The translations under genes and the position numbers were made by a program. Below are positions 8,321-16,941 of a DNA stretch of 49,176 nucleotides, in pieces. The stretch's first letter is position 1. Each line of letters opens with the position of its first letter. The notes under the pieces were generated by a model that was not told the DNA's origin, did no database searches, and worked only from the letters and a program-made list of their open reading frames with translations. Source of the DNA: an uncultured Thermodesulfovibrio sp. (GTDB taxonomy: Bacteria; Nitrospirota; Thermodesulfovibrionia; Thermodesulfovibrionales; JdFR-85); contig CAYMML010000001.1 of assembly GCA_964391515.1 (NCBI GenBank), positions 1 through 49,176 on the forward strand, written 5' to 3'.

Positions 8321-9397
8321 TTAATATTTGAATGTTGCTGCCATCCTCCAGGTCTCCCTTGCAAAGGTGAAGTCGTCGATATGCTGCATTGTAAAGGGCA
8401 GACCTGTCTCGCTGAAGAACTTCTCCCAGCCAATCCTCTCGATCCACTCACCCACACGCTCATGCTTCCTTGCACCTGCGATGTAGGCATCAAGTATCTT
8501 CTTAACCGCCTCTGTGACCTCAGGCCAGCGCGGTGGGTTGTTTGGAAGCCACGGCACAGCAAGTTTGGAGAACTTCGGGTTTGATCTGAGGTTTGAGACC
8601 TTACCACCGACCACGATGGCAACACCGTCGTTCTTCGGGTCTGAGATCGGCATGGCAGGGCAGACCGAGTAGCAGTTACCACAGTACATGCACTTCTCTT
8701 CCTTGATCTTAACACTCTTGTTCTTTGGATCAGGGCTTATCGCACTTGTGGGACATGCTGCAACGGTGGATGGGATCTCACAGAGGTTTTTGACCTTTTC
8801 ATGCTCGATCCTTGGAAGTGTCTTGTGGACACCAACCAGCGCTATATCCGAACAGTGCACTGCGCCGCACATGTTCACGCAGCATGCAACTGCAAGCCTC
8901 ACCTTGTTGGGGAGTTCCTTGTCTGTGAAGTACTCGTGGAGTTCATCCATCATCACCTTCACAAGACCGGATGCGTCTGTTGCTGCAGAGTGGCAGTGAA
9001 CCCATCCCTGGGTGTGCACCACATTGCTTATCCTGTTACCGATACCACCGATCATAAAACCGTTGGCCTTGAGATCGTCAATTAGGGGCTGAACCTTGCT
9101 CTCATCATCCACCATGAACTCCACATTGTGCCTGGTGGTAAACCTGAGGTACCCGTCACAGTGTTTGTCTGCCATATCGCAGATGTCCTTGATGGTATCC
9201 GTGGAAAGGAGACGGGGGGTTGCAACCCTTACCGTCCAGACCTTTGCCCCTGTCTCGGAGACATGTACCATAACACCGGCACCCAATTCCTCATGGTACT
9301 TCCACTTGCCGTAGTTCTCCTTTATTACAGGAGGGAGGAACTGCTCATAATGAGGCGGTCCTATGTCTGTCTGTCTTTCAGGAAGATTCTCAGCCAT
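8321..9397 (-). CDS. dsrB: Dissimilatory sulfite reductase beta subunit
   Basis: 358 aa with sirohaem/FeS Cys motifs (VHCHSAATD, VACCVNMCGAVHC) and an inserted ferredoxin domain (CMYCGNCYSVCP). Follows dsrA. Confidence 0.95.
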   Translation of the reverse strand: MAENLPERQTDIGPPHYEQFLPPVIKENYGKWKYHEELGAGVMVHVSETGAKVWTVRVATPRLLSTDTIKDICDMADKHCDGYLRFTTRHNVEFMVDDESKVQPLIDDLKANGFMIGGIGNRISNVVHTQGWVHCHSAATDASGLVKVMMDELHEYFTDKELPNKVRLAVACCVNMCGAVHCSDIALVGVHKTLPRIEHEKVKNLCEIPSTVAACPTSAISPDPKNKSVKIKEEKCMYCGNCYSVCPAMPISDPKNDGVAIVVGGKVSNLRSNPKFSKLAVPWLPNNPPRWPEVTEAVKKILDAYIAGARKHERVGEWIERIGWEKFFSETGLPFTMQHIDDFTFARETWRMAATFKY

Positions 9398-9443
9398 TTT
9401 ACTAACCTCCTTAAAATATATTGTGATTTTGTTTATACCTGAA

Positions 9444-10628
9444 TTACTTCTCTATGTCTGCCTCTGTCCAGAAGAAGAATGGGTCTCTCCTCGGCTCCTT
9501 CACCATTGCAGGATGAGGCTCGATGCCAGTCTCCCTGAGGAAGGTGGGAAAGCCCATCCTCTCTATGAGTTCACCAACCCTCTCACGGTTTTTGCCATGC
9601 TCATCCCAGAACTCCCAGATCCTGTCAACCAGGTCAAAGAGTTCCTCATAGGGGGGCTCCATCTTCATAAACGGAACGATCACCCATGACATGAGTGCAC
9701 CTGTAACGATGGGTGCCTTACTACCAAGGAGTATGGTTGCACCCTTTTCAGGGCCGGGGCGTAGTGCCTTGGTCATCTTTGCTATACAGTGCATACAACG
9801 GTTACAGTTTGAATTGTCAATCTTCAACTCATTGCCATCCCAGGACATGCAGCCCGTTGGGCACATGTCGATGATCTCTGCCTGTATGTCCATCCCGTTG
9901 TTTGCGTAGTTCTTGACCTCAGCCTGGTCTATCTGGATGTCGCCCTTCCAGGTACCGATTATTGACATATCTGCACGGGCTATTGATGCGATACAGTCAA
10001 CAGCACACCCTGCCACCTTGAACTTGAACTTGTATGGGAACATGGGTCTGTGAAGTTCGTCCTGATACCTCATGGTGATGGCATGAGTAATGGCCATTGT
10101 GTCGATGTTTGACCACTCACACCTTGCTGCACCTACACAACAACTGGGGGTACGAACGGCAGAACCCGAGCCGCCCAGGTCCCATCCCCTGGATGAGAGT
10201 TCAGCAAATACGGGCTCAAGGCTCTCGGTGTTTGTTCCAAGCAGGATAATGTCGCCGGTGGATCCGTGCATGTTTGTGAGTCCGCTGCCATACTTGTCCC
10301 AGATATCACAGATCTCACGGAGTGCCTTTGTGGTGTAAAAGAACCCTGAAGGCTGGTTCACCCTCACCGTGTGGAAGTGTGCCACACCAGGGAACTTATC
10401 AGGCACATCGGAATACCTTCCGATAACACCTGCACCATAACCACGCACACCAACAATACCACCATGCTTCCAGTGGGTCACCTTCTCCTTATAGGAGAGT
10501 TCGAGTTGTCCAAGAAGATCCTGGGCATAATCACTGTGCTCTGCTGCCCTCTTGATCTCCCTGACGAAACTCGGGAAGGCACCCTTCTCCAGCTCATCAA
10601 TAAGCGGCGTTTCGTGCTTCATGCTCAT
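9444..10628 (-). CDS. dsrA: Dissimilatory sulfite reductase alpha subunit
   Basis: 394 aa. Contains [10 protein letters not shown] and a ferredoxin-like insert ([15 protein letters not shown]). Strong SD GAGGAGG. Confidence 0.95.
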   Translation of the reverse strand: MSMKHETPLIDELEKGAFPSFVREIKRAAEHSDYAQDLLGQLELSYKEKVTHWKHGGIVGVRGYGAGVIGRYSDVPDKFPGVAHFHTVRVNQPSGFFYTTKALREICDIWDKYGSGLTNMHGSTGDIILLGTNTESLEPVFAELSSRGWDLGGSGSAVRTPSCCVGAARCEWSNIDTMAITHAITMRYQDELHRPMFPYKFKFKVAGCAVDCIASIARADMSIIGTWKGDIQIDQAEVKNYANNGMDIQAEIIDMCPTGCMSWDGNELKIDNSNCNRCMHCIAKMTKALRPGPEKGATILLGSKAPIVTGALMSWVIVPFMKMEPPYEELFDLVDRIWEFWDEHGKNRERVGELIERMGFPTFLRETGIEPHPAMVKEPRRDPFFFWTEADIEK

Positions 10629-10723
10629 AGTGTCCTCCTCAAGTTTGGATTTTTTCTTAATAATATCAGCCTGTTAAACTCATAAAAAAACACACATGAA
10701 AAGCACTCTCCAAAAGGAGAGCA

Positions 10724-10767
10724 ATAAACATTAATACAGTCAACCCAAAATGGTCAAATTAAAAAAT
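10724..10767 (-). promoter_or_regulatory. dsrAB promoter module (same 44-nt element as upstream of dsrC)
   Basis: The 19-nt and 16-nt blocks are identical to 5435-5478; only the 9-nt spacer core differs. A CTCTCC-AAAA-GGAGAG hairpin (10706-10721) lies at the predicted 5' end of the leader. Confidence 0.75.
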
Positions 10768-10782
10768 CTTATTGGCTAATCA

Positions 10783-10911
10783 CACCTTCTTATTATCAAG
10801 AGGGTGATAAACGTTGTAGTTTCGTAAAATGCCCAAGAAGGTGGTCTGACTGGTATAATTTGGTGAAACAACTGGTTTTTGAAGAAAACGAGACCAACCA
10901 AACACCTTCTT
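10783..10911. repeat. Three copies of the 9-mer CACCTTCTT / AAGAAGGTG upstream of the dsrA promoter
   Basis: CACCTTCTT at 10783-10791, its reverse complement at 10835-10843, and CACCTTCTT again at 10903-10911. Confidence 0.75.
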
Positions 10912-10986
10912 TCACACAACTTACTCCTTACCGCCTTCCAATTCTCTTATTTTATAATCTAATCAGCCCCCACTAAATCAGAAAGG

Positions 10987-11063
10987 TGGTGCCCCCTAGA
11001 GGATTCGAACCTCTGACACCAGGATTAGGAATCCTGTGCTCTATCCTACTGAGCTAAGGGGGC
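10987..11063 (-). tRNA. tRNA-Arg (anticodon CCT)
   Basis: Folded by hand: acceptor GCCCCCT/AGGGGGC, D stem GCTC/GAGC, anticodon stem CAGGA/TCCTG with loop TTCCTAA, T arm AGAGG-TTCGAAT-CCTCT, encoded CCA. Confidence 0.93.
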
Positions 11064-11107
11064 AGGAGGAAAACCAAGCAAGTTATTGAGAAACCGGGAT
11101 TACCGGG

Positions 11108-11575
11108 TTACTGTTTGTTTATCAGTTTAAGGCCGATCTCAAATGCCTCCTCTGCGGTCTCAGCCCTTATAACCCCCTGAACATCCCAACTCCTGATACC
11201 GATCACCGGTTTGCCCATCTGGAGTGCAAAGCCAATCTCGGATAGGGTTCCGTAGCCACCACCAACCGCAAAGAGCAACCTTGCCGACCGGACAATGATA
11301 ACATTTCGCCCCACTCCCAGTCCAGTACAAACGGGTATAGTCACATATGGGTTTGCCTCGTCAGGGTTGTCCTGCGGGAGTATCCCTACGGTGATGCCAC
11401 CCTCCTCTCTGGCACCCCTTGAGGCCGCCTCCATCACTCCACCGAGCCCACCTGTGAAAAGGATGAAACCCCACCTTGCAATCATCCTACCCAGTGTCTC
11501 GGCCTCTCTCAGGAGGTCTTCTCCCGCCTCTCTGCCACCGATTACCGCAATAACTTCAGTGCCTTCACTGCTCAT
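11108..11575 (-). CDS. TIGR00725 / LOG (lysine-decarboxylase-like, SLOG) family protein
   Basis: 155 aa. VIGGREAG...FTGGLGGVMEAASRGAREEGG...VGGGYGTLSE Rossmann-like LOG signature. Overlaps the upstream regulator gene by 11 nt. Confidence 0.75.
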   Translation of the reverse strand: MSSEGTEVIAVIGGREAGEDLLREAETLGRMIARWGFILFTGGLGGVMEAASRGAREEGGITVGILPQDNPDEANPYVTIPVCTGLGVGRNVIIVRSARLLFAVGGGYGTLSEIGFALQMGKPVIGIRSWDVQGVIRAETAEEAFEIGLKLINKQ

Positions 11576-12905
11576 TCATCAACCCCAGGTTCTTCATCTT
11601 TGTGCGAAGTTGTTTTCTGGATATGCCAAGCAGTTTGGCAGCCTGTGACTGGTTCCATCCAGTCCTGTCAAGCGCCCTCTGGATCACCCGTTTTTCAATG
11701 TCAAAGAGGTTGAATTCGTCGGCTCCCATACTCAATGTACCCTCCCCTTCAGATATTCGCATCTTCCTGGGGAGGTTATCAACCCCTATCAGATCTGCCC
11801 CGCATAGTATCACCGCCCTTTCTACAACATTTTCGAGTTCTCTAACATTCCCAGGCCAGTCATAGTTAAGCAGGGCATCCATCGCCTCGTCGTCAAACCC
11901 CTTAATCTCCTTTCTGTTCTTCTTGCAGAAGACCTCAAGAAAGTGCCCGGCAAGCATCGGTATATCGTCCCTACGCTCTCTGAGGGGCGGCATGTGAATG
12001 GTTATCACATTTAGCCTGTAGTAAAGGTCTGACCTGAACTCCCCCTTTTCCACCGCCTCATCAATGTTTCTGTTGGTTGCAGCAAGCACCCTTACATCCA
12101 CAGCGATCTTCTTCTTGCCACCAAGCCTGAAGAACTCCTTCTCCTGGAGAAACCTCAGGAGTTTCTTCTGAAGGCTTATATCCAGATCCCCGATCTCATC
12201 AAAAAAGACCGTCCCCCCGGCTGCCATCTCAATGAGCCCCACCTTGCTGTCATAAGCACAGGTAAAGGCGCCTTTTTCATACCCGAAGAGTTCGCTTTCC
12301 ATCAACTCCGAAGGTATGGTTGTGCAGTCTATGGGGATGAAGGGGTTATCAGACCTGAGGGAGGTATAATGGATGGCCCTTGCAACAAGTTCCTTACCGG
12401 TGCCGCTTTCACCAAGGATTAAGACATTTGCATCGGTTTTACTAACACGATTGATCAGTGAGAAGACCTCCTGCATAGGGGGTGACTTGCCAATGATGTT
12501 GAGAAACTGGTACTTCCCCTCGTAGTCGCCGGTATAGTCCTTTTCCTGCTCCCTCAATGCCTCCCGGATCACATTTACCAGTATTGACAGGTTTACCGGC
12601 TTTGTGAGGTAGGTGTATGCACCTTTGCGCATGGCATTCACCGCCCGTTCTATGGTTCCAAAGGCGGTGATGAGGACAAAGGGCACAGAGGGGTTAATCT
12701 GCCTCACCTTCTCAAGGAGTTTCTCTCCACTCATCCCGGGGAGTTTGTAATCCGAAAGCACCAGATCCACATTGTCTGTCTTAAGGCACTCAAGGGCATC
12801 CTCAGCGGTTGTGGAGGTTCTTACCTCGTATTTTTCCTTCCGTAGTGCCGCCGAGATGACCTTTAAGGAGTTTACCTCGTCCTCAACCACAAGTATCGTT
12901 TTCAT
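11565..12905 (-). CDS. NtrC-family sigma54-dependent response regulator
   Basis: REC domain, AAA+ domain (Walker A GESGTGKE, Walker B FFDEIGDL), and a Fis-type C-terminal HTH. The sigma54-contact loop reads GAFTCA rather than the usual GAFTGA. Confidence 0.9.
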   Translation of the reverse strand: MKTILVVEDEVNSLKVISAALRKEKYEVRTSTTAEDALECLKTDNVDLVLSDYKLPGMSGEKLLEKVRQINPSVPFVLITAFGTIERAVNAMRKGAYTYLTKPVNLSILVNVIREALREQEKDYTGDYEGKYQFLNIIGKSPPMQEVFSLINRVSKTDANVLILGESGTGKELVARAIHYTSLRSDNPFIPIDCTTIPSELMESELFGYEKGAFTCAYDSKVGLIEMAAGGTVFFDEIGDLDISLQKKLLRFLQEKEFFRLGGKKKIAVDVRVLAATNRNIDEAVEKGEFRSDLYYRLNVITIHMPPLRERRDDIPMLAGHFLEVFCKKNRKEIKGFDDEAMDALLNYDWPGNVRELENVVERAVILCGADLIGVDNLPRKMRISEGEGTLSMGADEFNLFDIEKRVIQRALDRTGWNQSQAAKLLGISRKQLRTKMKNLGLMNEQ

Positions 12906-14608
12906 ATCCTCCTCCCGGTTCTCCCAGGTAGTACAATAGTGAACTCACTCCCCTCACCAGGGCTGCTTCTTACAGTGATATCCCCTCCATGCTCCTTTAT
13001 AATCTTCTTTGATATGGCAAGCCCAAGACCTGTACCCCTCGTCTTGGTAGTAAAGAAGGGATTAAAAATGCTGTCCAAACTCTCAGGCGGTATCCCTTCA
13101 CCTGTATCCCTCACGCTCAGGTGCACCGTGCCGTTATTCGCCTCTGTCTGCACAGCCACCTCCCCGCCCTCCGGGGTGGCATCAAAGGAGTTTACAATCA
13201 GGTTTATAAGCACCTGCTTGATCTGGTCGGGATCAACACTCACAGGGGGGAGAGAAGGAGAGAGGTTTTTTCTTATGGTTATCCCGTTTTCTCTTGCCTC
13301 CTGCTCAAGGAGTTCAATGGTTCCAGAGACAACGGTATTAAGGTCTGTATCCCTGGGGTTTGGTGTAACAGGTTTTGCAAAGTTCAGGAGGGTTGTGGTA
13401 AGGGTATTAATCCTTGAGACCTCTTCGGTTATTATCTTCAAAAACTCCCTTATGAGTTCTCCCCTGAAGTTGTTACCAAGATAGGTTGCAGCGCCCCCTA
13501 TTGCATTCAGGGGGTTTTTTATCTCGTGGGCAAGCGTGGCTGCAAGTTCACCTGTGGCGGCAAGACGGCTTAACCGCTCACGTTCCTGAAGTGACCCCCT
13601 GAGCCTCAAAACCATTTCGTTAAAAGCCTCGGAAAGTTCCCCGATCTCATCGTTAGACCTGACCTCAACCTGGCTCCTCAGATCCTCATCCACGAGTTTC
13701 GTAACAGACTCTTTCAGTGAGATAATTGGCCTTATAAGCCTTATTATGATCCCGAGGCCGAAGATCAGGGCGGAAAGCAGTGTAACGAGCAGGAGGAGAA
13801 AGACAAGGAGTTTTCTCCCAACAAAGTCAATGGGGTTGATATTTTCGTAAAACACCACCGTGCCAAACACAAACAGGGGGATCGCAGAAAGGAGACTGAA
13901 TGCCACAAGCACCCTGTAGAGTATGCTCACCCCTAAGAGTTTAAGTTCCTCACGGGTCATGCTGAAAAAGAGTATCCCAAAGCCAAGTGGTCTGAGCAGA
14001 TGCCCCCAGAACCAGACCTGCGAGCCTATACCCGCAGGAAAGAAGAGCAGTATGCCAGAGCCACAGATCATCCCGTGTCCAAGCCCTGAAAAGAGAAACC
14101 TCTTCTTTCGCGTCCTGTAATACATTGCAACATAGATCATACAGAGCACACCCGATAAGTAGGCAATCCCTATCCAGACAAGCGGCCTGAAATCGCCAAA
14201 GATGGGGAAGTGTTTGTAAACCCCTGGTATTAGTAAGAGCGTTGTGGGGAGGTATAGTAACGGAAGTGCCCTCTTCCCGGAGGGATGCTCAGATGAAAGG
14301 GCTATAATTATCACCAGCAGACCAACTGCATACCCGAAAAGGGTCTGGTAAAGGAGGTTTTCATTCAGTGAAAAGGCGTGTATTACCGCATGAAGGGCGC
14401 TGCTAAGGCAGAGAAGTACAAACGCTGCCCCTATTAGAAAGACCCTTGCCCTCTTGTCCTTATCCTCTGAAAGACCGCCGGTGGTGCTGAACGCCCTCAG
14501 AGCGATGAGGATACATATGATGGCGATAAAGAGTTCCTCCCCGATATGATATCCCACAAGGATATGACGGAGAAACTCCTCACCCGTTCTGGTGAGTCCC
14601 TCTGTCAT
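12902..14608 (-). CDS. Membrane sensor histidine kinase (multi-TM N-domain, HAMP, HisKA, HATPase)
   Basis: About 290 aa of hydrophobic helices, then HAMP, H-box LAHEIKNPLN, G1 DTGEGI, G2 GTGLGL. 4-nt overlap with the regulator gene. Confidence 0.9.
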   Translation of the reverse strand: MTEGLTRTGEEFLRHILVGYHIGEELFIAIICILIALRAFSTTGGLSEDKDKRARVFLIGAAFVLLCLSSALHAVIHAFSLNENLLYQTLFGYAVGLLVIIIALSSEHPSGKRALPLLYLPTTLLLIPGVYKHFPIFGDFRPLVWIGIAYLSGVLCMIYVAMYYRTRKKRFLFSGLGHGMICGSGILLFFPAGIGSQVWFWGHLLRPLGFGILFFSMTREELKLLGVSILYRVLVAFSLLSAIPLFVFGTVVFYENINPIDFVGRKLLVFLLLLVTLLSALIFGLGIIIRLIRPIISLKESVTKLVDEDLRSQVEVRSNDEIGELSEAFNEMVLRLRGSLQERERLSRLAATGELAATLAHEIKNPLNAIGGAATYLGNNFRGELIREFLKIITEEVSRINTLTTTLLNFAKPVTPNPRDTDLNTVVSGTIELLEQEARENGITIRKNLSPSLPPVSVDPDQIKQVLINLIVNSFDATPEGGEVAVQTEANNGTVHLSVRDTGEGIPPESLDSIFNPFFTTKTRGTGLGLAISKKIIKEHGGDITVRSSPGEGSEFTIVLPGRTGRRI

Positions 14609-14701
14609 TGCATTGCCTCCGCGCCTCTTGTCTTTATTATATCATAATAACGGCAATCCCCTTTTACTGATATGGCAATCAAACACCTCAAAATCAGAGA
14701 T

Positions 14702-14740
14702 AAAAAAACCCTCTCCATTGTGCAAAAGGGGGCATGGGAG
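14702..14740 (-). terminator. Intrinsic-terminator-like hairpin plus T7 on the minus strand, with no annotated upstream gene
   Basis: Minus strand reads CTCCCAT-(15 nt loop)-ATGGAGAG-GG-TTTTTTT. The stem is 7 bp with one bulge. Confidence 0.4.
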
Positions 14741-15002
14741 ATAGTCAGTTGACAAAGCGGTCATGTAAGGGTGTTATACTAATATCTACATTTGTGATAC
14801 CAACAACCCTGATGGAGCAGGGCTTGCAGAACTCAGGAGAAACACCGGATTTTCGCGATACCTCAAGTGCCGTAAAAACACAGCCCATAGAACTGTTTTT
14901 ATGATCGATAAAATCGCATTAAATCCGGTTTCGATGGAGTCTGTCTGCATTAACGGACATTATTAATGTTACAAATAGCACGACCGACCTGAGAGGTATT
15001 CA

Positions 15003-15647
15003 ATGAAAAAGGTCATCACAATAGACGGCCCTTCGGGGGCAGGAAAGAGCACTGTGGCAAAGCGGATTGCCGAAAAACTGGGGTTTCAGTACCTTGACAC
15101 CGGTGCGCTCTACCGCGCCGTAGCCCTCTATCTAAGGAGAAAGAAACTTTCAGAAGATGCCACAGACAAGGAGATTGCAGATGCACTTGAAGGACTCAAT
15201 CTTTCATTCAGAGATGGCAGGACATACATTAACGGGGAGGATGTCTCAACGGAAATTCGCACCCCCGACGTAGGCCACTACTCCTCTGTATTCTCTGCCC
15301 GCAAGGTTGTAAGGGATTACCTCCTTGGCATGCAGAGGGCATTCCCGGAGGGAGATGACACCGTGTGTGAAGGTCGTGACATGGGAACGGTTGTATTCCC
15401 TGGTGCCTGGAGGAAGTTCTTCCTGGATGCCTCAGAGGAGGAAAGGGCAAAGAGGAGATACGAACAACTTACCAGGGCCGGTAAGAGCATCTCTTATGAG
15501 GATGCCCTAAGGGATGTGAGAGAGCGGGACAGGCGGGATTCAAGCAGAGATATTGCCCCCTTAAAGAAACCCGAAGACGCAATATACATCGACACCACCA
15601 ATCTGGAACTGGAAGAGGTTATATCAAAGGTCCTCTCCCACCTTTAA
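15003..15647 (+). CDS. cmk: Cytidylate kinase
   Basis: P-loop GPSGAGKST and YLDTGALYRA. 214 aa. Conserved cmk...rpsA neighbourhood. Confidence 0.93.
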   Translation: MKKVITIDGPSGAGKSTVAKRIAEKLGFQYLDTGALYRAVALYLRRKKLSEDATDKEIADALEGLNLSFRDGRTYINGEDVSTEIRTPDVGHYSSVFSARKVVRDYLLGMQRAFPEGDDTVCEGRDMGTVVFPGAWRKFFLDASEEERAKRRYEQLTRAGKSISYEDALRDVRERDRRDSSRDIAPLKKPEDAIYIDTTNLELEEVISKVLSHL

Positions 15648-16020
15648 TGTACACCCCTTTGAAAGCCGGCATATTCCCCCCGTTATTACATATACCTCTC
15701 AGTGGGGTAAGTCCTCCCGAAGGATATAAAAACCCAAACGTAAAAACCCCGCAGGGCACAGAGATTCCTTGGTTCAGGGCAATTTTTACACCTTTTAAAT
15801 TTTCAATTAAAGCATTAAAAAACACTTCAATCCCCTTTCTCTATTTCGTTCTGTGCCGTTTAGGCAGAATAATTTATACAACATTTAAGTTATAATAAAA
15901 ATAAACACCCCATGACTGGCAGGTAGTCGAGCACTGCTCAGGTGTTTTTACGCTACAAAAACACTCATTTATCATCACTTCAGGTAGTGACAGTCTATTG
16001 TTAGAGGTTTTAAACTGTAG

Positions 16021-16908
16021 ATGAACATATTTATAGCCAATACCGCCGGGTTCTGCTTTGGTGTAAAAAGGGCGATCGATATAGCCTTTAAGGAGGCGGA
16101 AGAGGGTGCTGGCAGGGTTGCCACACTTGGCCCAATAATACACAACCCCCAGGTGATTGAGCAGTTAAAAAATATCGGAGTTAAAACGATTAACAACCTT
16201 GCACCCTCCACAGCCGAAATCCCACCCCAATGTCTTGACGGTCTGGATACGCTTATCATAAGAACACATGGTATTCCCATGCCCCTTTCAGAAAAACTCA
16301 AAAGCACCGGCATAAAACTAATCGACGCCACATGCCCATTTGTAAAAAAGGCACAACATTATGCTAAACTTCTCTCTGAAGAGGGCTATAAGGTACTTAT
16401 ACTTGGAGACAAAGACCATCCTGAAGTACAGGGTATCCTGAGTTATGCAGGCCCGGAGGCTGAGGTTGTAGAGTCGGACACTGATCTTCCACCTGTTACC
16501 GGGAAGGTGGGTGTGGTCGTACAGACGACCCAGCCTGTAGATGCCCTCAGACGGCTCCTCCACCAGATTGTGGAGACAGCAAAGGAGATAAAAGTTTATA
16601 ATACCATATGCAATTCCACCGCACAGAGGCTTCTGGAAACGGAAGAACTTGCCAGAAAGGTGGATATTATGTATGTGATTGGCGGCAAGAACAGTGCCAA
16701 TACCAAACAACTTGCTCGGCTCTGCGATTCCATTGGTGTAGAGACGTACCACATTGAGACGGCCGAAGAGATCATACCTGACCAGTTGCGCGGGAAGGAA
16801 AACGTGGGAATCACAGCCGGGGCATCCACTCCCGAGTGGATAATAAAAGAGGTCTATAATGCCATCATCACCCTCTCGGGGGAGAGCCCGGAGGTGTCTG
16901 ATAAATGA
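16021..16908 (+). CDS. ispH: 4-hydroxy-3-methylbut-2-enyl diphosphate reductase (IspH/LytB)
   Basis: Three cluster-ligand Cys contexts (GFCFGV, ATCPFV, NTICNST). 295 aa. Confidence 0.92.
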   Translation: MNIFIANTAGFCFGVKRAIDIAFKEAEEGAGRVATLGPIIHNPQVIEQLKNIGVKTINNLAPSTAEIPPQCLDGLDTLIIRTHGIPMPLSEKLKSTGIKLIDATCPFVKKAQHYAKLLSEEGYKVLILGDKDHPEVQGILSYAGPEAEVVESDTDLPPVTGKVGVVVQTTQPVDALRRLLHQIVETAKEIKVYNTICNSTAQRLLETEELARKVDIMYVIGGKNSANTKQLARLCDSIGVETYHIETAEEIIPDQLRGKENVGITAGASTPEWIIKEVYNAIITLSGESPEVSDK

Positions 16909-16941
16909 TTTTTTATCTGATAAACCAATGAGGAGGTCATA

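Noticed and set aside
599-10685. Many plus-strand ORFs in the track that overlap the dsr genes (for example 871-1359, 1657-2085, 1820-2281, 3884-4381, 8381-9442, 10371-10685), and similar antisense or off-frame ORFs throughout the window.
   Set aside because: They lie entirely inside well-supported genes on the opposite strand or in another frame. They have low-complexity Ser/Pro/Arg-rich translations, no SD, and no recognisable motifs. These are typical shadow ORFs.
10851-10859. Plus-strand extended -10 (TGGTATAAT) in the tRNA-Arg/dsrA spacer, as a possible promoter for an antisense or small RNA.
   Set aside because: There is no acceptable -35 at 16-18 nt. No downstream plus-strand ORF, terminator or structured RNA was recognisable, and a transcript from it would run antisense into tRNA-Arg. 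I kept only the 9-mer repeat observation.
14749-14780. Plus-strand TTGACA ... TATACT promoter-like pair upstream of cmk.
   Set aside because: The spacer is 20 nt, too long for sigma70. The alternative hexamer at 17 nt (TGTTAT) is poor.
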